Assembly: GCA_905182295.1 (NCBI GenBank)
Contig: CAJJAZ010000004.1
Location: forward strand, 77,854 to 141,853
Origin: an uncultured Flavobacteriaceae bacterium
Lineage (GTDB): Bacteria > Bacteroidota > Bacteroidia > Flavobacteriales > Flavobacteriaceae
Reading direction: 5' to 3'
DNA: 64,000 bases
Shown: positions 1 to 9,496 of the stretch, one piece after another
How the letters are laid out: every line of letters starts with the position of its first letter
Position numbering within the stretch: the first letter of the stretch is position 1
Made by a program: the position numbers and the translations under genes
The notes under the pieces: model-generated
Told to the model about the DNA's origin: nothing
What the model saw: the letters and a program-made list of their open reading frames with translations, nothing else
Database searches by the model: none

Positions 1-30
1 GCTCAGGTGAAGCAAAAAAGTGAAACATAA
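1..30 (+). CDS. Possible 3' end of a gene entering from the left (AQVKQKSET*)
   Basis: Open frame from base 1 to TAA at 28-30, directly followed by a terminator-like hairpin. Confidence 0.35.
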   Translation, partial: AQVKQKSET

Positions 31-38
31 AAAATAGA

Positions 39-81
39 AAAACCCTTTTCGTTTATACTGATAAGAAACGAAAAGGGTTTT
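39..81. terminator. Probable bidirectional intrinsic terminator
   Basis: 16-bp inverted repeat AAAACCCTTTTCGTTT / AAACGAAAAGGGTTTT with A/T-rich flanks downstream of the symporter; a second inverted repeat TAGGTTTTTA/TAAAAACCTA at 93-122. Confidence 0.75.
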
Positions 82-135
82 GTTATTTTTCATAGGTTTT
101 TACTTATATATATAAAAACCTAAAAGCAGGGTGTA

Positions 136-1752
136 TTATCCAGCCTGTTTACTTGCCTTTATATCTGTCATGTACTTCTTTAATTCCTGTTTTACTTTTG
201 GAAAAAGGAAGAGTAATCCAATCATATTTGGAAACACCAAGGCTAGAATCATAGCATCTGAAAACTTAATCACAGCATCTAATGTTGCTGCTGCACCTAC
301 CACTACAAAAAGTAAGAAAAGAATTTTGTACACTGTATCTGCTATTTTTCCCCTTCCAAATAAATACTTCCAGGACTGAAGTCCGTAGTAAGACCAAGAG
401 ATCATTGTTGAGAAAGCAAAAAGAATAATCGCTACGGTCAATACATATCTAAATCCAGGGATTACTGAATCATAAGCCATTGAAGTAAGGTCTACCCCAC
501 CTACATAGGCACCGGTGTCATTTAACATCACGGTACTCCCCACTGCATTACCATATTCAAAGGCACCTGTGTCCATGTTAAAGAAAATAATCACCAAGGC
601 AGTCATAGTACAAATTACAACGGTATCTATAAATGGCTCTAATAAGGCCACTACGCCTTCACTGGCCGGATACTTAGTCTTTACAGCAGAGTGCGCAATT
701 GCAGCAGATCCAGCTCCAGCTTCATTAGAAAAAGCCGCACGTTGGAATCCTACAATAATAACACCTACAACGCCTCCAATTCCAGCTGCAGGAGTAAAAG
801 CGCCCTCAAATATCATACTAAAAGCAGCACCTACATACTGAATATTAGAAAAGATAATCACCAAAGAGGCCAAAACATAAGTCCCTGCCATAAAGGGTAC
901 AATTTTTTCCGTTACACTGGCGATTTTTTTAATTCCACCAATGATAACAATACCTACTAAAATAGCTAAAACTACACCAATAATAACACCTGTAGCACCT
1001 CCTTGTAGGTCAAACATAGTGATTAACTGTACCGCTGCTTGATTGGACTGAAATGCATTTCCACCTCCAAAAGAGGCTCCCACACAAAGAATAGCAAATA
1101 CTATCCCTAAAAATTTTCCAAGTACCTTAAAGCCCATTTGATCCAAACCTCTTGAGAGGTAATACATAGGCCCACCGTATACGGTACCATTTTCATCTAC
1201 ATCTCTATATTTTACCCCTAGGGTGCATTCTACAAATTTCGTAGACATTCCAATGAGTCCACATACGATCATCCAAAACGTTGCTCCTGGTCCTCCGAGT
1301 GCAATAGCTACAGCGACACCAGCAATATTTCCTAATCCAACAGTTCCTGAAACAGCCGTTGCTAGGGCCTGGAAATGAGTCACTTCACCTTCCTTACTCT
1401 CGTCTTTTATGGTGTCAGGCAAATCTCCATCTACTACATTTAAGTCTGTTTTTTCTACCCCATGGTGGTCCAATTCATCATATTTACCTCTCACCGTATT
1501 AATGGCTAATGGAAACTGGCTAATACTTGGGAATTTGAAATAAAGCGTGAAAAAAGTAGCCCCACAAATAAGTAATATTAAAACGATTGGAATATTATAC
1601 TCCCCTACTGGAATAGAGGTAAGGACAAAGCCTTCCCACCAACTGGCAAATGGCATAAAAGCGTCGTTCACTTTCTCATCTAATCCTTTTTCTTGCGCTA
1701 GGGCAACAAAAGGAAATAAAAAGCTTGCCAAAAAGGTCAATTTAGTCTTCAT
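136..1752 (-). CDS. Alanine/glycine:cation symporter (AGCS/AlsT family)
   Basis: Motifs FQALATAVSGTVGLGNIAGVA, GGPGATFWM, GGPMYY, FSNEAGAGSA; multiple TM helices. Confidence 0.95.
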   Translation of the reverse strand: MKTKLTFLASFLFPFVALAQEKGLDEKVNDAFMPFASWWEGFVLTSIPVGEYNIPIVLILLICGATFFTLYFKFPSISQFPLAINTVRGKYDELDHHGVEKTDLNVVDGDLPDTIKDESKEGEVTHFQALATAVSGTVGLGNIAGVAVAIALGGPGATFWMIVCGLIGMSTKFVECTLGVKYRDVDENGTVYGGPMYYLSRGLDQMGFKVLGKFLGIVFAILCVGASFGGGNAFQSNQAAVQLITMFDLQGGATGVIIGVVLAILVGIVIIGGIKKIASVTEKIVPFMAGTYVLASLVIIFSNIQYVGAAFSMIFEGAFTPAAGIGGVVGVIIVGFQRAAFSNEAGAGSAAIAHSAVKTKYPASEGVVALLEPFIDTVVICTMTALVIIFFNMDTGAFEYGNAVGSTVMLNDTGAYVGGVDLTSMAYDSVIPGFRYVLTVAIILFAFSTMISWSYYGLQSWKYLFGRGKIADTVYKILFLLFVVVGAAATLDAVIKFSDAMILALVFPNMIGLLFLFPKVKQELKKYMTDIKASKQAG

Positions 1753-1841
1753 AATGTAGGAATAGTTTGTTTAATTTAACGTTAGGACTAGCAATATCCT
1801 AAAAAAAAATGGCCTAATCAAATAAAGCAGTAGTAAAGCAG

Positions 1842-2846
1842 CTACTCGGCGCACATTTTATTCAATTGCTCAATTTGCTCTGGTTTTCCTAATACAATGA
1901 GTTTCCCCTCAGGAGAAAGTACCAAATCTGCATCTGGATTAATAATATAATCACCTTCTGGTGTAATGTATCCTATAATGGTGCAACCTGTCCTTCGTCT
2001 TAAATCTAGATCCCTAAGAGAATTTAAAGTGCTAGATCCCGCAAAACGTTCAATGGCAATCTCTTCTAGGTTGGTATTCTTTTTTCCATCTGTAGACAGC
2101 TTATCCATAAAGGTGATTAGATCAGGAATAACGACTAAAGAAGCCATATGGTCCCCTCCTATCCTGTCTGGCATAATCACTTTATTGGCGCCTGCTAAAG
2201 ACAATTTCTTTTCTGAACCAATTTCAGAGGCCCTTGAAATGATAAATAAATTTTTGTTGAGTTGTCTTGCAGAAAGCACCACAAACAAATTAGTGGCATC
2301 GCTGGGAAGCGTACAAATAAGGTATTTCGCCCTGTAAATTCCAGCAGCCTCGAGTACCTCATCTTCATTCGCGTCTCCTTTAATAAAAAGAACCTCATCT
2401 TTATACTTTGCTGTAACCTCAGGATCGTTTTCAATGACAACAAAAGGTTTGTTGTAGGCCTTTAGCCTGGCCACTGCTTGAGCACCATTCCTTCCATAAC
2501 CACAAACAATAACATGCTTATTCATAAGTTGTAATTTATTTTTAATCTGTTTCTTTTTTAAAATTTCCAATGAATCCCTACCTAGTATGTATTCAGTAAC
2601 CACTGATAATGCAAAGGCAAAAATAAATACACTTGAGATAATTAAAAAAATAGTGAAAATCTTAGCGTCATCGTCCAGAGGACTCACTTCTGAAAAACCT
2701 ACCGTTGTCATGGTAATTACCGTCATATATACGGCGTCTACCCAAGAGTAGTCAGAGAGCGTTCTATAGCCTAGCACCCCCACCAAACTTACTAGAAGTA
2801 CTAATGATAAGGCTATATAAATTTTAGATCTGAATAACTTTAACAT
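1842..2846 (-). CDS. Potassium channel with TrkA-N/RCK domains (MthK-like)
   Basis: Two TM helices, TMTTVGF selectivity-filter variant, VCGYGRNG Rossmann motif, C-terminal TrkA-C. Confidence 0.93.
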   Translation of the reverse strand: MLKLFRSKIYIALSLVLLVSLVGVLGYRTLSDYSWVDAVYMTVITMTTVGFSEVSPLDDDAKIFTIFLIISSVFIFAFALSVVTEYILGRDSLEILKKKQIKNKLQLMNKHVIVCGYGRNGAQAVARLKAYNKPFVVIENDPEVTAKYKDEVLFIKGDANEDEVLEAAGIYRAKYLICTLPSDATNLFVVLSARQLNKNLFIISRASEIGSEKKLSLAGANKVIMPDRIGGDHMASLVVIPDLITFMDKLSTDGKKNTNLEEIAIERFAGSSTLNSLRDLDLRRRTGCTIIGYITPEGDYIINPDADLVLSPEGKLIVLGKPEQIEQLNKMCAE

Positions 2847-2852
2847 GTGGTG

Positions 2853-3074
2853 CTATAAATCAAAAACAGAATTTCTTTTGGCGAAAAGCAAATCTTTTAT
2901 TCTGATCCAAAAGGCCATAAATAAGTAAAGTGCAAAGCCAAAACCCAATGTAACAAAAGTGAGGTAAATAAATGAGGTTCTCACCACGCGGGCACGTATT
3001 CCCATTCGCTCTGCAATTCGCTCACAAACAGTGAAACCATGGCGTTGGAAAAAATACAATAGTTTATAGAGCAT
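2853..3074 (-). CDS. PspC-domain small membrane protein
   Basis: GFTVCERIAERMGI..VRTSFIYLTF..GFALY matches the PspC pattern; start moved to ATG 3074, overlapping the rhodanese 3' end. Confidence 0.8.
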   Translation of the reverse strand: MLYKLLYFFQRHGFTVCERIAERMGIRARVVRTSFIYLTFVTLGFGFALYLFMAFWIRIKDLLFAKRNSVFDL

Positions 3075-3378
3075 CGTTGTCGCCTGTCCACTCCATAAAA
3101 CCACCCACTAAATTGTGGGCTGTTTCAAAACCAACACTTTGCATAATAGCACAGGCTTGACCGCTTCTATTTCCAGACCTACAGTACACAAAGTAGTTTT
3201 TTGACTTATCTAATTTTTCCAGGCCGTCCAGAAACCCCTGACCCATGAAAATATCTAAATGAATGGCTCCAGGAATCACTCCCTCTGAAACCTCATCCAA
3301 TGTTCTTACGTCTAATACAACACTTTGCGTGTCTTCTTTTAACTGAGAAGCCCAAGCTTCTTGTGATAAATCTGCCAT
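3064..3378 (-). CDS. Rhodanese-like domain protein
   Basis: LDVRT..E...G.IPGA, active-site loop YCRSGNRS, NLVGG..W. Confidence 0.93.
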   Translation of the reverse strand: MADLSQEAWASQLKEDTQSVVLDVRTLDEVSEGVIPGAIHLDIFMGQGFLDGLEKLDKSKNYFVYCRSGNRSGQACAIMQSVGFETAHNLVGGFMEWTGDNDAL

Positions 3379-3398
3379 TTTTAAATAATTTATTCCCT

Positions 3399-3406
3399 CA
3401 AAAATA
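3399..3406 (-). promoter_or_regulatory. Bacteroidota -7 promoter box for the rhodanese gene
   Basis: TATTTTTG on the minus strand, 20 nt upstream of the ATG. Confidence 0.6.
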
Positions 3407-3512
3407 AGGGTTTGATTCGGGAGAAAAAACTATTTCAAATAGGAAGTAGCAAAATAATTCACTCGGGAATTAAAAATAGGCCCTATTGTCTTGTTTATTT
3501 AAAAATTATTTA

Positions 3513-3529
3513 TACATTTGTATATACAA
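3513..3529 (+). promoter_or_regulatory. -7 box overlapped by a perfect palindrome (putative MarR operator)
   Basis: TACATTTG 3513-3520; palindrome TTGTATATACAA 3518-3529 covers the expected transcription start. Confidence 0.6.
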
Positions 3530-3542
3530 TAATTGTGAATAC

Positions 3543-3989
3543 ATGAATGTAGAAGCCCATATTAAAACAGAGAAACCTATTCCTTTAAAAAGTAAGACAA
3601 TCATTCATTTGTCTCTGGTTCAAAATAAAATTAACGAGCGCTTTCATGCCGCATTAAAACCTTTTGATATTTCCCTACAGCAATTTAATGTATTGAGAAT
3701 CTTAAGAGGTCAGAAGGGGGCTCCTGCCAACCTGAATACCATCAATGAGAGAATGGTTACTAAGATGAGTAATACAACCAGATTGGTAGACAAACTCATT
3801 ATAAAAGACTTTGTGGCACGACAAATCTGTGAAAATAACAGAAGAAAAGTAGAAATCTTTATCACTGAAAAAGGATTGGTGGCACTGGCTGAGATAGATA
3901 CTATTATGAACCAAACCGAGCAGGTTATTCTTGAAGGCTTTAAAGAAAGTGAACTCGTGCAACTGAACGAATTATTAGATAAACTATAA
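3543..3989 (+). CDS. MarR family transcriptional regulator
   Basis: QQFNVLRILRG, SNTTRLVDKL, NRRKVEIFITEKG; start moved to ATG 3543. Confidence 0.93.
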   Translation: MNVEAHIKTEKPIPLKSKTIIHLSLVQNKINERFHAALKPFDISLQQFNVLRILRGQKGAPANLNTINERMVTKMSNTTRLVDKLIIKDFVARQICENNRRKVEIFITEKGLVALAEIDTIMNQTEQVILEGFKESELVQLNELLDKL

Positions 3990-4015
3990 ATATTAACCCT
4001 TACAATTTACACACT

Positions 4016-4627
4016 ATGAAAAAACTATTTATTACCCTTACAGTAGCTTTATTGGCTACAACAAACACTTTCGCAACTCCTTTAAAATCATCAGAGAAAG
4101 CTACTGAAAAATCAACTACTGTCATTGAAAAGAAAGTAGTTAATACTGAAGCAAGTAATATTACTTGGAAAGCCTACAAGGTAACTGGATCTCATAAAGG
4201 AACCATCAACCTGGCTTCTGGAAACTTAGACTTTGACGGCACGACACTAACTGGTGGCGCATTTGTGGTAGACATGACTACTATTAACACCACTGACTTA
4301 GAAGGAGAGTACAAACAAAAATTAGACAGCCATTTACATTCAGAAGATTTCTTTGGAACTGCTACACATAAAACGGCTTCTTTAGAAATCACTTCAGTAA
4401 CTGCTTCAGGTAAAAATGCTTATGCAGCTACTGGTAATTTAACCATCAAGAACATGACTAAAGAGGTGAACTTCACCCTATCTGTTTATGGAAGTAAAGC
4501 CACGGCTAGCCTAAAAGTAGACCGCTCACAATTTGACATTCGTTACGGTTCTGGATCTTTCTTTGACAACTTGGGAGATAAAACCATCTATGACGAGTTT
4601 GATTTAGTAGTAGACTTACAGTTCTAA
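4016..4627 (+). CDS. YceI family lipid/polyisoprenoid-binding protein
   Basis: Signal peptide; HKGTI, LDSHLHSEDFF, GNLTIK, VDRSQFDIRYGS. Confidence 0.92.
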   Translation: MKKLFITLTVALLATTNTFATPLKSSEKATEKSTTVIEKKVVNTEASNITWKAYKVTGSHKGTINLASGNLDFDGTTLTGGAFVVDMTTINTTDLEGEYKQKLDSHLHSEDFFGTATHKTASLEITSVTASGKNAYAATGNLTIKNMTKEVNFTLSVYGSKATASLKVDRSQFDIRYGSGSFFDNLGDKTIYDEFDLVVDLQF

Positions 4628-4669
4628 TATCTCATAAGGATTTAAACAAATCACGCTATGAAATTGTTT

Positions 4670-4708
4670 AAAATCACAAAGCCATTAAAGGCTTTGTGAT
4701 TTTTTTTA
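4670..4708 (+). terminator. Intrinsic terminator after yceI
   Basis: AAAATCACAAAGCC-attaaa-GGCTTTGTGATTTT followed by a T run. Confidence 0.85.
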
Positions 4709-4716
4709 TCCAAGCC

Positions 4717-4746
4717 TTTGTTATTCCCTGAGGTTTATTATATTTG
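4717..4746 (+). promoter_or_regulatory. trp operon promoter (-33 TTTG / -7 TATATTTG)
   Basis: TTTG 4717-4720, 18-nt spacer, TATATTTG 4739-4746. Confidence 0.7.
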
Positions 4747-4747
4747 A

Positions 4748-4807
4748 ATGATGAATTTGAATAAAACACAAAATTGGTGGTGGAATAACTTACAACAAAC
4801 GCTGTGA
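4748..4807 (+). CDS. trpL: trp leader peptide (M)MNLNKTQNWWWNNLQQTL
   Basis: Short ORF with three consecutive TGG codons just upstream of a terminator and trpE; not in the ORF track; start is 4748 or 4751. Confidence 0.9.
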   Translation: MMNLNKTQNWWWNNLQQTL

Positions 4808-4832
4808 TCTAAGCACTACTTTGAACTATTTT

Positions 4833-4868
4833 AAAGGCTTGTCTTCACAGACAAGCCTTTTTATTTTT
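4833..4868 (+). terminator. trp attenuator terminator
   Basis: 12-bp stem AAAGGCTTGTCT-tcac-AGACAAGCCTTT plus T-rich tail; CTGTGA (4802-4807) can pair with TCACAG (4845-4850) as an alternative structure. Confidence 0.88.
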
Positions 4869-4934
4869 ACCATCACTTGATTAGAGATTACTCTAGATAA
4901 ATATTCACAAAGGAAAGACAGAAATAACCATATT

Positions 4935-6335
4935 ATGAGTTACGCTTTAAAGACCCATTACAAAAAAATTCTAGCAGATACTATTACCCCTGTGAGTGTT
5001 TATTTGAAAATTAGAGACCGTTACCCTGCAAGTATTTTATTAGAAAGCAGTGATTACCACGCCAACGACAATAGTTTTTCTTATATCTGTTTTAATCCTA
5101 TTGCTCATATCGAGGTAAAGGACCAGCAAATAAAGAAAGCATACCCAGACGGCAGTAATACCATTACCCCTATTACTGAAGACACTAACATACCAGAGGT
5201 CCTCACTGCTTTTTCGAAAGATTTCACCAGTGAAAAACAAGATTTTAAGTTCATTACACAAGGTCTATTTGGTTTTATGACCTATGATGCGGTTCAATAC
5301 TACGAAGACATAAAAATTTCTAAAAAAGAGGGGGGACAGAATCTTCCAGAATTATACTATGCAGTGTATCAGAATGTAATTGCCATTAATCATTTTAACA
5401 ATGAGGCCTATATTTTTGCGCATTGCTATAACCAACCCAACAATGTAGCGGCAATAGAACAGTTAATCGCAGTTAAAAACTTTGCCACCTATCCTTTTAA
5501 AACAGAAGGAAAACCAAGTATTAATATTCAAGATGAAGAGTATAAAGCATTGGTAGAGACTGCAAAGAAGCATTGCCAAAGAGGAGACGTTTTCCAATTG
5601 GTACTTTCCAGAAGATTTACCCAAAAATTTAGTGGGGATGAATTTAATGTTTACAGGGCCTTAAGAGCGGTAAATCCCTCTCCTTACCTGTTTTACTTTG
5701 ACTATGGGAATTTCAAGATTTTTGGAAGTTCTCCTGAAGCGCAATTGGTGGTAAAAGGACAAAAAGCTGAAATTCATCCTATTGCAGGTACGTTTAAAAG
5801 GACTGGCAATGATGAACAAGATGCTGTATTGGCGAAAGAACTCACGGAAGACCACAAAGAAAACGCAGAACATGTCATGTTAGTAGACCTGGCTAGAAAT
5901 GACCTCAGCAGACATGGAAAAATGGTCAAAGTAGAAAACTATCGTGAGGTACAGTTTTTCTCTCATGTCATTCATTTGGTGTCCAAGGTAAGTGGTATTA
6001 AAAAAGCAGACACGCCTACCATGAATATTGTTGCAGACACTTTCCCTGCTGGAACTTTAAGCGGAGCTCCCAAACACAAAGCCATGGAGCTTATTGAAAA
6101 ATACGAACCTACGCCAAGAGGCTATTACGGCGGAGCCATTGGCTTTATGGATTTTGAAGGCAACTTTAACCACGCGATTATGATTAGGACCTTTTTAAGT
6201 AAAAACCATCAATTGCAATATCAGGCTGGTGCTGGGATTGTTGCTGCTTCAGATGCTGCGTCTGAGTTGCAGGAAACCTATAACAAATTAGGTGCCCTCA
6301 CCAAAGCATTGTCTTTGGCAGAGGACATTTATTAA
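4935..6335 (+). CDS. trpE: Anthranilate synthase component I
   Basis: LLES, NPSPY, GSSPE, PIAGT, EHVMLVDLARND, GTLSGAPK motifs. Confidence 0.96.
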   Translation: MSYALKTHYKKILADTITPVSVYLKIRDRYPASILLESSDYHANDNSFSYICFNPIAHIEVKDQQIKKAYPDGSNTITPITEDTNIPEVLTAFSKDFTSEKQDFKFITQGLFGFMTYDAVQYYEDIKISKKEGGQNLPELYYAVYQNVIAINHFNNEAYIFAHCYNQPNNVAAIEQLIAVKNFATYPFKTEGKPSINIQDEEYKALVETAKKHCQRGDVFQLVLSRRFTQKFSGDEFNVYRALRAVNPSPYLFYFDYGNFKIFGSSPEAQLVVKGQKAEIHPIAGTFKRTGNDEQDAVLAKELTEDHKENAEHVMLVDLARNDLSRHGKMVKVENYREVQFFSHVIHLVSKVSGIKKADTPTMNIVADTFPAGTLSGAPKHKAMELIEKYEPTPRGYYGGAIGFMDFEGNFNHAIMIRTFLSKNHQLQYQAGAGIVAASDAASELQETYNKLGALTKALSLAEDIY

Positions 6336-6372
6336 AAGGCTAATTAAAGCATCGACAACGTACAAAAGAAAC

Positions 6373-6972
6373 ATGACAAACATATTACTCATAGACAATT
6401 ACGACTCTTTCACCTATAACCTAGTGCATTATCTAGAGGAATTAGGAGCACAGGTCACCGTTCGTAGAAACGACAAAATAAGCTTAGAAGAAGTAGCTAA
6501 TTTTTCTCACATTGTATTGTCTCCAGGGCCAGGTATTCCTGATGAAGCAGGGCTACTGAAAGAGATTATTGCCACCTATGCACCGACCAAAAAAATATTG
6601 GGGGTATGTCTTGGACAACAAGCCATTGCAGAAGTATTTGGAGGTAGTTTAGAAAATTTAAGTGAGGTGTATCACGGTATAGCCACTCCTATTCAAATTA
6701 CAGATCCCCAATCTAAACTGTTTAAGGAATTACCCACAGAGGTCGTAGTGGGAAGATACCATTCCTGGGTAGTTTCTAAAAACCTTCCTGAAGTTTTAAA
6801 AGTAACCGCCATAGACAGTGAGGGTCAAATCATGGCCATTGAACACAAAGACTATCAGGTTCATGCGGTACAGTTTCATCCTGAATCCATATTGACCCCT
6901 AGTGGGAAAAAAATGTTAGCGAACTGGCTTGGGGTTTCCTGGAAATTTAAGCCAGAAGAAAAAATGTATTAA
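6373..6972 (+). CDS. trpG: Anthranilate synthase component II (glutamine amidotransferase)
   Basis: IDNYDSFTYNL, SPGPG, GVCLG, RYHS, QFHPES; start moved to ATG 6373. Confidence 0.95.
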   Translation: MTNILLIDNYDSFTYNLVHYLEELGAQVTVRRNDKISLEEVANFSHIVLSPGPGIPDEAGLLKEIIATYAPTKKILGVCLGQQAIAEVFGGSLENLSEVYHGIATPIQITDPQSKLFKELPTEVVVGRYHSWVVSKNLPEVLKVTAIDSEGQIMAIEHKDYQVHAVQFHPESILTPSGKKMLANWLGVSWKFKPEEKMY

Positions 6973-7014
6973 GACCCTTAGCAAGGATACAAAAACGCAT
7001 ATAAAGAATTGAAA

Positions 7015-8001
7015 ATGAAAAATATACTCAACCGACTCATCCAGCACGAAGTGCTTAGCAGACAAGAATCCAAAGACATTCTTGTAGGTATAGCGAATAA
7101 GGCCTACAATGAGTCTGAAATTGCTTCTTTTCTAACCGTGTATATGATGCGGAGCATTCAACTAGAAGAATTAGAGGGGTTTAGAGACGCTCTTTTAGAC
7201 TTGTGTCTGGCAGTAGATCTCTCCGCGTATGAGCCTATAGATTTATGTGGTACTGGAGGAGACGGAAAAGATACTTTTAACATCTCTACACTAGCCTCTT
7301 TTGTGACGGCTGCCAGTGGCATTAAAGTGACCAAACACGGTAATTACGGGGTGTCTTCTTCTTGTGGCAGTAGTAATGTTATGGAAGCATTGGGTATTAA
7401 ATTCACCAATGACAAAGATTATTTAGAAAAGGCCCTGGACCAGGTAGGCATCTGTGTATTACACGCGCCTTTATTCCACCCTGCCATGAAACAAGTAGCC
7501 CCCATCAGAAAAGCCTTAGGGGTAAAAACATTTTTTAATATGTTGGGACCCATGGTAAATCCAGCGTTTCCAACCCATCAGATGGTCGGGGTATTTAATC
7601 TAGAATTGGCCAGAATTTATGGGTACCTATACCAGAAAACCGATAAGAATTACAGTATTGTCCATGCCCTAGATGGCTATGATGAAGTATCTCTTACTGG
7701 GGCGACAAAAATCATTACTAGGGAAAACGAAATGGTCTTAGATCCTGCTCATTTTAGCGTAAACACCTTGCAGGCGCATGAAATTGCCGGAGGAGAATCG
7801 GTACCATCTGCCGCTGCAATTTTTGTAAATATTCTCAGTGGAAAAGGGACTGAAGCGCAAAACAATGTGGTCTGTGCCAATGCCGCAGTGGCCATAAATA
7901 CGGTTAAAAACAATGGGATTCTTACCGCTTTTGAACAGGCCAAAGAAACCCTTTTATCTGGTACAGCACTTAAAAAATTACAGCAATTACAAGCTTTATA
8001 A
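7015..8001 (+). CDS. trpD: Anthranilate phosphoribosyltransferase
   Basis: DLCGTGGDG..TFNIST, KHGN, DGYDE. Confidence 0.96.
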   Translation: MKNILNRLIQHEVLSRQESKDILVGIANKAYNESEIASFLTVYMMRSIQLEELEGFRDALLDLCLAVDLSAYEPIDLCGTGGDGKDTFNISTLASFVTAASGIKVTKHGNYGVSSSCGSSNVMEALGIKFTNDKDYLEKALDQVGICVLHAPLFHPAMKQVAPIRKALGVKTFFNMLGPMVNPAFPTHQMVGVFNLELARIYGYLYQKTDKNYSIVHALDGYDEVSLTGATKIITRENEMVLDPAHFSVNTLQAHEIAGGESVPSAAAIFVNILSGKGTEAQNNVVCANAAVAINTVKNNGILTAFEQAKETLLSGTALKKLQQLQAL

Positions 8002-8787
8002 ATGAATATTCTAGACAAAATAATCGCAGACAAAAAGGTAGAAGTAGCCCTTAAAAAAGGCCTAATTCCTATCAAAAACTTTGAGATGAGCCCCTTATTT
8101 GAGCGCCCAACAAATTCTATGGCAACTAAGATAAGACAAAGTGCGAGTGGTATTATAGCGGAACACAAAAGACGGTCTCCTTCCAAAGACGTCATAAACA
8201 ATAGTCTTAAAGTACCTTTAGTTGTGGAAGGCTATGAAAAAGCAGGTGTTTGCGGCATTTCTGTGCTCACAGACGGTCCTTATTTTGGAGGTGCCCTTGA
8301 AGATCTCTTGCTCGCAAGAGCGTCTGTAGATACACCCCTTTTGAGAAAGGAATTTATAGTAGATCCTTACCAAATTATAGAAGCTAAGGCCCATGGGGCC
8401 GATGCCATTTTACTTATAGCAGCAGTACTCACTAGGGCAGAGATTCATGACTTATCTACCCTCGCACAGACTCTGGGCTTAGAAGTGCTTTTAGAGGTTC
8501 ATAACTTAGAAGAACTGGAAAAATCAATCATGCCGTCCTTAGATCTCATAGGGGTGAATAATAGAAACTTAAAGACCTTTGAGGTAAGTTTGGACACCTC
8601 AAGAACGCTCTCTGCTATAATTCCTTCAGATTTTGTGAAGATTTCTGAAAGTGGTATTAGTGATGTCTCTGCCATTAAAGACTTAAAAACCTATGGGTAT
8701 CAGGGATTTTTAGTAGGAGAAAACTTCATGAAAACCCATGATCCTGGTGCCGCTGCATTAGCATTTATAAAACAAATAGAAGGGTAA
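8002..8787 (+). CDS. trpC: Indole-3-glycerol phosphate synthase
   Basis: IIAEHKRRSPSK, SVLTD, LRKEF, GVNNRNL, SESGI. Confidence 0.96.
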   Translation: MNILDKIIADKKVEVALKKGLIPIKNFEMSPLFERPTNSMATKIRQSASGIIAEHKRRSPSKDVINNSLKVPLVVEGYEKAGVCGISVLTDGPYFGGALEDLLLARASVDTPLLRKEFIVDPYQIIEAKAHGADAILLIAAVLTRAEIHDLSTLAQTLGLEVLLEVHNLEELEKSIMPSLDLIGVNNRNLKTFEVSLDTSRTLSAIIPSDFVKISESGISDVSAIKDLKTYGYQGFLVGENFMKTHDPGAAALAFIKQIEG

Positions 8788-8788
8788 T

Positions 8789-9490
8789 ATGATTCATGCT
8801 AACTTACATACTCCCTTTGAGACCCCTGCATTAAAAGTCTGCGGTATGAGGGTTCCTGAAAATATTAGTGCAGTGGCGGCACTAAAGCCAAATTTTTTGG
8901 GCTTTATTTTTTGGGAGCCCTCGAAACGATTTATTCAAAACCCTATTCCATTAATAGATCCTAGTGTTCAAAAGATAGGTGTCTTTGTAAAGGCAACGCC
9001 AGATTTTATCCTAAAAACCATCCAAGAGAATGATTTACAAGGGGTGCAGTTGCACGGAGGAGAAACTGCCCAGGATTGCAAGGCAATTCGAGAGGCTTGG
9101 GAAAAAGAAAACGGCGCAAACAACACACCCCTGATTCTTATCAAAGCCTTTTCAGTGGCAGACCAATTTGATTTATCCAGTCTTGCTGCTTACGAGGCCT
9201 ATTGCGATTACTTCCTCTTTGACACCAAAGGAAAACTCCCTGGAGGCAATGGGTTTACCTTTTCTTGGGAAATCTTGGCCCAATACCCGAGCAATACCCC
9301 TTATTTCTTAAGTGGTGGTATTGGCTTGGGACAAACGAATGCTTTGGCTAAATTTTTAAAAAGCGACGCTTCAAAAATGTGTGCTGTTATAGATGTAAAT
9401 AGTACTTTTGAAAAAGAAGACTACACTAAAAACACCCAGGATTTAAACTTATTTATAAACGCCTTAAAAAATAGATTCTCTACAAAATAA
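8789..9490 (+). CDS. trpF: Phosphoribosylanthranilate isomerase
   Basis: KVCGM, GFIF...SKR, VQLHG.E, LFDT...GGNG..F.W. Confidence 0.94.
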   Translation: MIHANLHTPFETPALKVCGMRVPENISAVAALKPNFLGFIFWEPSKRFIQNPIPLIDPSVQKIGVFVKATPDFILKTIQENDLQGVQLHGGETAQDCKAIREAWEKENGANNTPLILIKAFSVADQFDLSSLAAYEAYCDYFLFDTKGKLPGGNGFTFSWEILAQYPSNTPYFLSGGIGLGQTNALAKFLKSDASKMCAVIDVNSTFEKEDYTKNTQDLNLFINALKNRFSTK

Positions 9491-9496
9491 AACGCT

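Noticed and set aside
1753-1841. Glycine riboswitch upstream of the alanine/glycine symporter
   Set aside because: The gap is only 89 bp, AT-rich, and lacks the GGAGA...CCGAAG aptamer motifs
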